From the NCBI GenBank assembly GCA_964247055.1, contig OZ176051.1, forward strand, positions 620,001-684,000: DNA of 64,000 nt. The letters are read 5' to 3'. A model generated the notes under the pieces. The model was given only the letters and a program-made list of their open reading frames with translations. It searched no databases and was not told where the DNA came from. The DNA comes from Paragordius varius (taxonomy: Eukaryota; Animalia; Nematomorpha). The stretch's first letter is position 1. Each line of letters opens with the position of its first letter. Position numbers and translations under genes: made by a program. Positions 54,501 to 64,000 of this stretch are shown in pieces.

Positions 54501-57500
54501 TCATATCCGATTTTTACAACGATACTTTAAAAATTAATGTATAAAACTAGTCGTATCAATAAATCGCATCAATACTAAAGTTAAACTTTGTCCTTAAAAA
54601 TCGGATATTGGTCACCGGTGAACAAAATTATTTTTTATACATTCTCTTAGTAGGACTACATCAAAATATAGAGATAGTTTTGCAAACTGTTTCATATCCG
54701 ATTTTTACAACGATACTTTAAAAATTAATGTATAAAACTAGTCGCATCAATACTCAAGTTAAACTCTGTCCTTAAAAATCGAATATTGGTCACCGGTGAA
54801 CAAAATTATTTTTTATACATTCTCTTAGTAAGACTACATCAAAATATAGAAATAGTTTGATAAACTCTTTCATATCCGATTTTTACAACGATACTTTAAA
54901 AATTAATGTATTAAACTAGTCGCATCAATACTCAAGCTAAAACATTGTCCTTAAAAATCGGATATTGGTCACCTATGAACAAAACTATTTTTTATACCGT
55001 TTCTTAGTAAGACTACGTCAAAATATAGAGATAGTTTGACAAACTCTTTCATATCCGATTTTTACAACGATACTTTAAAAATTAATGTATAAAACTAGTC
55101 GTACCAATAAATCGCATCAATACTCAAGTTAAACTTTCTCCTTAAAAATCGGATATTGGTCACCGGTGAACAAAATTATTTTTTATACATTCTCTTAGTA
55201 AGACTACATCAAAATATAGAGATAGTTTGACAAACTCTTTCATATCCGATTTTTACAACGATACTTTAAAAATTAATGTATAAAACTAGTCGTATCAATA
55301 AATCGCATCAATACTCAAGTTAAACTTTCTCCTTAAAAATCGGATATTACTCACCGGTGAACCATATTATTTTTTATACATTCTCTTAGTAAGACTACAT
55401 CAAAATATAGAGATAGTTTGACAAACTCTTTCATATCCGATTTTTACAACGATACTGTAAAAATTAATGTATAAAACTAGTCGCATCAATACTCAAGTTA
55501 AACTTTGTCCTTAAAAATCGAATATTGGTCACCGGTGAACAAAATTATTTTTTATACATTCTCTTAGTAAGACTACATCAAAATATAGAGATAGTTTGAC
55601 AAACTCTTTCATATCCGATTTTTACAACGATACTTTAAAAATTAATGTGTTAAACTAGTCGCATCAATACTCAAGTTATACTTTGTCCTTAAAAATCGGA
55701 TATTCGTCACCGGTGAACAAAATTATTTTTTATACATTCTCTTAGTAAGACTACATCAAAATATAGAGATAGTTTGACAAACTCTTTCATATCCGATTTT
55801 TACAACGATATTTTAAAAATTATGGTATTAAACCAGTCGCATCAATACTCAAGTTAAACTTCTTAAAAATCGGATATTGGTCACCTGTGAACAAAACTAT
55901 TTTTTATACCGTCTCTTAGTAAGACTACATCAAAATATAGAGATAGTTTGACAAACTCTTTCATATCCGTTTTTACAACGATACTTTAAAAATTAATGTG
56001 TTAAACTAGTCGCATCAATACTCAAGTTATACTTTGTCCTTAAAAATCGGATATTCGTCACCGGTGAACAAAATTATTTTTTATACATTCTCTTAGTAAG
56101 ACTACATCAAAATATAGAGATAGTTTGACAAACTCTTTCATATCCGATTTTTACAACGATACTTTAAAAATTAATGTGTTAAACTAGTCGCATCAATACT
56201 CAAGTTAAACTTTGTCCTCAAAAATCAGATATTGGTCATAGGTGAACAAAATTATTTTTTATACATTCTCTTAGTATGACTACATCAAAATATAGAGATA
56301 GTTTGACAAACTCTTTCATATCCGATTTTTACAACGATACTGTAAAAATTAATGTATAAAACTAGTCGCATCAATACTCAAGTTAAACTTTGTCCTTAAA
56401 AATCGAATATTGGTCACCTGTGAACAAAATTATTTTTTATACATTCTCTTAGTAAGACTACATCAAAATATAGAGATAGTTTGACAAACTCTTTCATATC
56501 CGATTTTTACAACGATACTTTAAAAATTAATGTGTTAAACTAGTCGCATCAATACTCAAGTTATACTTTGTCCTTAAAAATCGGATATTCCTCACCGGTG
56601 AACAAAATTATTTTTTATACATTCTCTTAGTAAGACTACATCAAAATATAGAGATAGTTTGACAAACTCTTTCATATCCGATTTTTACAACGATATTTTA
56701 AAAATTATGGTATTAAACCAGTCGCATCAATACTCAAGTTAAACTTTGTCCTTAAAAATCGGATATTGGTCACCGGTGAACAAAATTATTTTTTATACAT
56801 TCTCTTAGTAAGACTACATCAAAATATAGAGATAATTTGACAAACTCTTTCATATCCGATTTTTACAACGATACTTTAAAAATTAATGTATAAAACTAGG
56901 CGTATCAATTAATCGCATCAATACTCAAGTTAAACTTTGTCCTTAAAAATCGGATATTGGTCACCGGTGAACAAAATTATTTTTTATACATTCTCTTAGT
57001 AGGACTACATCAAAATATAGAGATAGTTTTGCAAACTGTTTCATATCCGATTTTTACAACGATACTTTAAAAATTAATGTGTTAAATTAGTCGCATCAAT
57101 ACTCAAGTTAAACTTTGTCCTTAAAAATCAGATATTGGTCACCGGTGAACAAAATTATTTTTTATACATTCTCTTAGTAAGACTACATCAAAATATAGAG
57201 ATAGTTTGACAAACTCTTTCATATCCGATTTTTACAACGATACTTTAAAAATTATGGTATTAAACCAGTCGCATCAATACTCAAGTTAAACTTTGTCCTT
57301 AAAAATCGGATATTGGTCACCGGTGAACAAAATTAGTTTTTATACATTCTCTTAGTAAGACTACATCAAAATATAGAGATAGTTTGACAAACTCTTTCAT
57401 ATCCGATTTTTACAACGATACTTTAAAAATTAATGTATAAAACTAGTCGTATCAATAAATCGCATCAATACTCAAGTTAAACTTTCTCCTTAAAAATCGG

Positions 57501-59330
57501 ATATTGGTCACCGGTGAACAAAATTAGTTTTTGTACATTCTCTTAGTAAGACTACATCAAAATATAGAGATAGTTTGACAAACTCTTTCATATCCGATTT
57601 TTACAACGATACTTTAAAAATTAATGTATAAAACTAGTCGTATCAATAAATCGCATCAATACTAAAGTTAAACTTTGTCCTTAAAAATCGGATATTGGTC
57701 ACCGGTGAACAAAATTATTTTTTATACATTCTCTTAGTAGGACTACATCAAAATATAGAGATAGTTTTGCAAACTGTTTCATATCCGATTTTTACAACGA
57801 TACTTTAAAAATTAATGTATAAAACTAGTCGCATCAATACTCAAGTTAAACTCTGTCCTTAAAAATCGAATATTGGTCACCGGTGAACAAAATTATTTTT
57901 TATACATTCTCTTAGTAAGACTACATCAAAATATAGAAATAGTTTGATAAACTCTTTCATATCCGATTTTTACAACGATACTTTAAAAATTAATGTATTA
58001 AACTAGTCGCATCAATACTCAAGCTAAAACATTGTCCTTAAAAATCGGATATTGGTCACCTGTGAACAAAACTATTTTTTATACCGTTTCTTAGTAAGAC
58101 TACGTCAAAATATAGAGATAGTTTGACAAACTCTTTCATATCCGATTTTTACAACGATACTTTAAAAATTAATGTATAAAACTAGTCGTATCAATAAATC
58201 GCATCAATACTCAAGTTAAACTTTCTCCTTAAAAATCGGATATTGGTCACCGGTGAACAAAATTATTTTTTATACATTCTCTTAGTAAGACTACATCAAA
58301 ATATAGAGATAGTTTGACAAACTCTTTCATATCCGATTTTTACAACGATACTTTAAAAATTAATGTATAAAACTAGTCGTATCAATAAATCGCATCAATA
58401 CTCAAGTTAAACTTTCTCCTTAAAAATCGGATATTGGTCACCGGTGAACAAAATTATTTTTTATACATTCTCTTAGTAAGACTACATCAAAATATAGAGA
58501 TAGTTTGACAAACTCTTTCATATCCGATTTTTACAACGATACTTTAAAAATTAATGTATAAAACTAGTCGTATCAATAAATCGCATCAATACTCAAGTTA
58601 AACTTTCTCCTTAAAAATCGGATATTACTCACCGGTGAACCAAATTATTTTTTATACATTCTCTTAGTAAGACTACATCAAAATATAGAGATAGTTTGAC
58701 AAACTCTTTCATATCCGATTTTTACAACGATACTTTAAAAATTAATGTGTTAAACTAGTCGCATCAATACTCAAGTTAAACTTTGTCCTCAAAAATCAGA
58801 TATTGGTCATAGGTGAAAAATTATTTTTTATACATTCTCTTAGTAAGACTACATCAAAATATAGAGATAGTTTGACAAACTCTTTCATATCCGATTTTTA
58901 CAACGATACTGTAAAAATTAATGTATAAAACTAGTCGCATCAATACTCAAGTTAAACTTTGTCCTTAAAAATCGAATATTGGTCACCGGTGAACAAAATT
59001 ATTTTTTATACATTCTCTTAGTAAGACTACATCAAAATATAGAGATAGTTTGACAAACTCTTTCATATCCGATTTTTACAACGATACTTTAAAAATTAAT
59101 GTGTTAAACTAGTCGCATCAATACTCAAGTTATACTTTGTCCTTAAAAATCGGATATTCGTCACCGGTGAACAAAATTATTTTTTATACATTCTCTTAGT
59201 AAGACTACATCAAAATATAGAGATAGTTTGACAAACTCTTTCATATCCGATTTTTACAACGATATTTTAAAAATTATGGTATTAAACCAGTCGCATCAAT
59301 ACTCAAGTTAAACTTTCTCCTTAAAAATCG
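51540..59330. repeat. 14-monomer HOR family (2556-bp period), three copies differing by single monomers, with an intervening block
   Basis: AATTAGTTTTT at 51691, 54247 and 57334; TTACTCACC at 52791, 55347 and 58625; CTACGTC and ACCGTTTC are shared. Confidence 0.85.
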
Positions 59331-60960
59331 GATATTGGTCACCGGTGAACAAAATTATTTTTTATACATTCTCTTAGTAAGACTACATCAAAATATAGAG
59401 ATAGTTTGACAAACTCTTTCATATCCGATTTTTACAACGATACTTTAAAAATTAATGTATAAAACTAGTCGTATCAATAAATCGCATCAATACTAAAGTT
59501 AAACTTTGTCCTTAAAAATCGGATATTGGTCAGCGGTGAACAAAATTATTTTTTATACATTCTCTTAGTAGGACTACATCAAAATATAGAGATAGTTTTG
59601 CAAACTGTTTCATATCCGATTTTTACAACGATACTTTAAAAATTAATGTATAAAACTAGTCGCATCAATACTCAAGTTAAACTCTGTCCTTAAAAATCGA
59701 ATATTGGTCACCGATGAACAAAATTATTTTTTATACATTCTCTTAGTAAGACTACATCAAAATATAGAAATAGTTTGATAAACTCTTTCATATCCGATTT
59801 TTACAACGATACTTTAAAAATTAATGTATTAAACTAGTCGCATCAATACTCAAGCTAAAACATTGTCCTTAAAAATCGGATATTGGTCAACTGTGAACAA
59901 AACTATTTTTTATACCGTTTCTTAGTAAGACTACGTCAAAATATAGAGATAGTTTGACAAACTCCATATCCGATTTTTACAACGATACTTTAAAAATTAA
60001 TGTATAAAACTAGTCGTATCAATAAATCGCATCAATACTCAAGTTAAACTTTCTCCTTAAAAATCGGATATTGGTCACCGGTGAACAAAATTATTTTTTA
60101 TACATTCTCTTAGTAAGACTACATCAAAATATAGAGATAGTTTGACAAACTCTTTCATATCCGATTTTTACAACGATACTTTAAAAATTAATGTATAAAA
60201 CTAGTCGTATCAAAAAATCGCATCAATACTCAAGTTAAACTTTCTCCTTAAAAATCGGATATTACTCACCGGTGAACCAAATTATTTTTTATACATTCTC
60301 TTAGTAAGACTACATCAAAATATAGAGATAGTTTGACAAACTCTTTCATATCCGATTTTTACAACGATACTTTAAAAATTAATGTGTTAAACTAGTCGCA
60401 TCAATACTCAAGTTAAACTTTGTCCTCAAAAATCAGATATTGGTCATAGGTGAAAAATTATTTTTTATACATTCTCTTAGTAAGACTACATCAAAATATA
60501 GAGATAGTTTGACAAACTCTTTCATATCCGATTTTTACAACGATACTGTAAAAATTAATGTATAAAACTAGTCGCATCAATACTCAAGTTAAACTTTGTC
60601 CTTAAAAATCGAATATTGGTCACCGGTGAACAAAATTATTTTTTATACATTCTCTTAGTAAGACTACATCAAAATATAGAGATAGTTTGACAAACTCTTT
60701 CATATCCGATTTTTACAACGATACTTTAAAAATTAATGTGTTAAACTAGTCGCATCAATACTCAAGTTATACTTTGTCCTTAAAAATCGGATATTCGTCA
60801 CCGGTGAACAAAATTATTTTTTATACATTCTCTTAGTAAGACTACATCAAAATATAGAGATAGTTTGACAAACTCTTTCATATCCGATTTTTACAACGAT
60901 ATTTTAAAAATTATGGTATTAAACCAGTCGCATCAATACTCAAGTTAAACTTTGTCCTTA
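57700..60960. repeat. Related HOR copy at 1637-bp offset
   Basis: TTACTCACC (58625/60262) and GTTATAC (59129/60766) are both offset by 1637. Confidence 0.8.
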
Positions 60961-63900
60961 AAAATCGGATATTGGTCACCGGTGAACAAAATTATTTTTT
61001 ATACATTCTCTTAGTTAGACTACATCAAAATATAGAGATAGTTTGACAAACTCTTTCATATCCGATTTTTACAACGATACTTTAAAAATTATGGTATTAA
61101 ACCAGTCGCATCAATACTCAAGTTAAACTTTGTCCTTAAAAATCGGATATTGGTCACCGGTGAACAAAATTATTTTTTATACATTCTCTTAGTAAGACTA
61201 AACCAAAATATAGAGATAATTTGACAAACTCTTTCATAGCCGATTTTACAACGATACTTTTAAAATTAATGTATAAAACTAGGCGTATCAATTAATCGCA
61301 TCAATACTCAAGTTAAACTTTGTCCTTAAAAATCGGATATTGGTCACCGGTGAACAAAATTATTTTTTATACATTCTCTTAGTAGGACTACATCAAAATA
61401 TAGAGATAGTTTCGCAAACTGTTTCATATCCAATTTTTACAACGATACTTTAAAAAATAATGTATAAAACTAGTCGCATCAATACTCAAGTTAAACTTTG
61501 TCCTTAAAAATCGGATATTGGTCACCGGTGAACAAAATTATTTTTTATACATTCTCTTAGTAAGACTACATCAAAATATAGAGATAATTTGACAAACTCT
61601 TTCATATCCGATTTTTACAACGATACTTTAAAAATTAATGTATAAAACTAGGCGTATCAATTAATCGCATCAATACTCAAGTTAAACTTTGTCCTTAAAA
61701 ATCGGATATTGGTCACCGGTGAACAAAATTATTTTTTATACATTCTCTTAGTAGGACTACATCAAAATATAGAGATAGTTTTGCAAACTGTTTCATATCC
61801 GATTTTTACAACGATACTTTAAAAATTAATGTATAAAACTAGTCGCATCAATACTCAAGTTAAAATCTGTCCTTAAAAATCGAATATTGGTCACCGGTGA
61901 ACAAAATTATTTTTTATACATTCTCTTAGTAAGACTACATCAAAATATAGAAATAGTTTGACAAACTCTTTCATATCCGATTTTTACAACGATACTTTAA
62001 AAATAATGTATTAAACTAGTCGCATCAATACTCAAGCTAAAACATTGTCCTTAAAAATCGGATATTGATCACCGGTGAACAAAACTATTTTTTATACCGT
62101 CTCTTAGTAAGACTACATCAAAATATAGAGATAGTTTGACAAACTCTTTCATATCCGATTTTTACAACGATACTTTAAAAATTAATGTATAAAACTAGTC
62201 GTATCAATAAATCGCATCAATACTCAAGTTAAACTTTCTCCTTAAAAATCGGATATTGGTCACCGGTGAACAAAATTATTTTTTATACATTCTCTTAGTA
62301 AGACTACATCAAAATATAGAGATAGTTTGACAAACTCTTTCATATCCGATTTTTACAACGATACTTTAAAAATTAATGTATAAAACTAGTCGTATCAATA
62401 AATCGCATCAATACTCAAGTTAAACTTTCTCCTTAAAAATCGGATATTGGTCACCGGTGAACAAAATTATTTTTTATACATTCTCTTAGTAAGACTACAT
62501 CAAAATATAGAGGTTTGACAAACTCTTTCATATCCGATTTTTACAACGATACTTTAAAAATTAATGTGTTAAACTAGTCGCATCAATACTCAAGTTAAAC
62601 TTTGTCCTCAAAAATCAGATATTGGTCATAGGTGAACAAAATTATTTTTTATACATTCTCTTAGTAAGACTACATCAAAATATAGGGATAGTTTGATAAA
62701 CTCTTTAATATCCAATTTTTACAACGATACTGTAAAAATTAATGTATAAAACTAGTCGCATCCATACTCAAGTTAAACTTTGTCCTTAAAAATCGAATAT
62801 TGGTCACCGGTGAACAAAATTATTTTTTATACATTCTCTTAGTAAGACTACATCAAAATATAGAGATAGTTTGACAAACTCTTTCATATCCGTTTTTACA
62901 ACGATACTTTAAAAATTAATGTGAACTAGTCGCATCAATACTCAAGTTAAACTTTGTCCTTAAAAATCGGATATTCGTCACCGGTGAACAAAATTATTTT
63001 TTATACATTCTCTTAGTAAGACTACATCAAAATATAGAGATAGTTTGGTAAACTGTTTCATATCCGATTTTTACAACGATACTTTAAAAATTAATGTATA
63101 AAACTAGTCGCATCAATACTCAAGTTAAACTTTGTCCTTAAAAATCGAATATTGGTCACCGGTGAACAAAATTATTTTTTATACATTCTCTTAGTAAGAC
63201 TACATCAAAATATAGAGATAGTTTGACAAACTCTTTCATATACGATTTTTACAACGATACTTTAAAAATTAATGTGTTAAACTAGTCGCATCAATACTCA
63301 AGTTAAACTTTGTCCTTAAAAATCAGATATTGGTCACCGGTGAACAAATTTTTTATACATTCTCTTAGTAAGACTACATCAAAATATAGAGATAGTTTGA
63401 CAAACTCTTTCATATCCGATTTTTACAAGGATACTTTAAAAATTATGGTATTAAACCAGTCGCATCAATACTCAAGTTAAACTTTGTCCTTAAAAATCGG
63501 ATATTGGTCACGGTGAACAAAATTATTTTTTATACATTCTCTTAGTAAGACTACATCAAAATATAGAGATAATTTGGCAAACTGTTTCATATCCGATTTT
63601 TACAACGATACTTTAAAAATTAATGTATAAAATTAGTCGCATCAATACTCAAATTAAACTCTGTCCTTAAAAATCGAATATTGGTCACCGGTGAACAAAA
63701 TTATTTTTTATATATTCTCTTAGTAAGACTACATCAAAATATAGAAATAGTTTGACAAACTCTTTCATATCCGATTTTTACAACGATACTTTAAAAATTA
63801 ATGTATTAAACTAGTCGCATCAATACTCAAGCTAAAACATTGTCCTTAAAAATCGGATATTGGTCACCGGTGAACAAAACTATTTTTTATACCGTATCTT

Positions 63901-64000
63901 AGTAAGACTACATCAAAATATAGAGATAGTTTGACAAACTCTTTCATATCCGATTTTTACAACGATACTTTAAAAATTAATGTATAAAACTAGTCGTATC

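Larger units (their letters stand above)
1..64000. repeat. Tandem satellite DNA array, 178/179/191-bp monomers, single orientation, extends beyond both window edges
   Basis: The motif TCTCTTAGTAAGACTACATCAAAATATAGAGATAGTTTGACAAAC recurs every 175-191 bp from the first to the last line (starts at 8, 198, 389, 567, 758, 933, 1124, 1301, 1479, 1658 ...). No unique sequence was seen. Confidence 0.99.

Noticed and set aside
3351-62930. Recurrent 3-bp deletions (3351, 4371, 37621, 39641, 40705, 59961, 62921) as a sign of reading-frame selection
   Set aside because: There is no ORF to preserve, and 1-, 2-, 4- and 5-bp deletions also occur. Slippage is sufficient.
1-64000. Protein-coding or repetitive-protein ORF
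   Set aside because: The consensus has TAA in all three plus frames within positions 77-93 and minus-strand stops in all three frames within positions 5-65. Monomer lengths 178, 179 and 191 are not multiples of 3.
1-64000. CRISPR array
   Set aside because: The whole unit repeats. There are no unique spacers, no leader and no cas genes.
1-64000. Identification as Arabidopsis CEN178, Brassica CentBr or primate alpha satellite
   Set aside because: Only the length is similar. I see no recognisable sequence match, and there is no HindIII AAGCTT site in the consensus.
1-64000. Transposon insertion or strand inversion within the array
   Set aside because: None seen. The internal inverted repeats give short reverse-complement matches, but monomer orientation never flips.

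Overview
The entire 64-kb window is one uninterrupted eukaryotic satellite DNA array of roughly 350 head-to-tail monomers (estimated), all in one orientation, about 72% AT. The consensus monomer is 178 bp (clean copy at 40398-40575). A common 191-bp class carries a diverged internal 13-bp tandem duplication, and a 179-bp class also recurs. I see no genes, RNA genes, transposon insertions, inversions or CRISPR spacers; the consensus monomer has stop codons in all six frames. The information lies in the variants. Diagnostic substitutions define monomer subtypes arranged in many local higher-order repeats (HORs of 4, 5, 9, 12, 14 and 15 monomers). There are also long-range block duplications (offsets about 6.9, 7.5, 11.2-11.6 and 20.5 kb), single-monomer gains and losses, and regional turnover of variants. 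The monomer is rich in dyad symmetry: a perfect 14-bp inverted repeat has its two symmetry axes on short palindromes about 89 bp apart. Length and organisation resemble centromeric or pericentromeric satellite, but I cannot assign a species, a named family or a function from sequence alone. All counts and offsets were done by eye from the printed coordinates; block boundaries are approximate.
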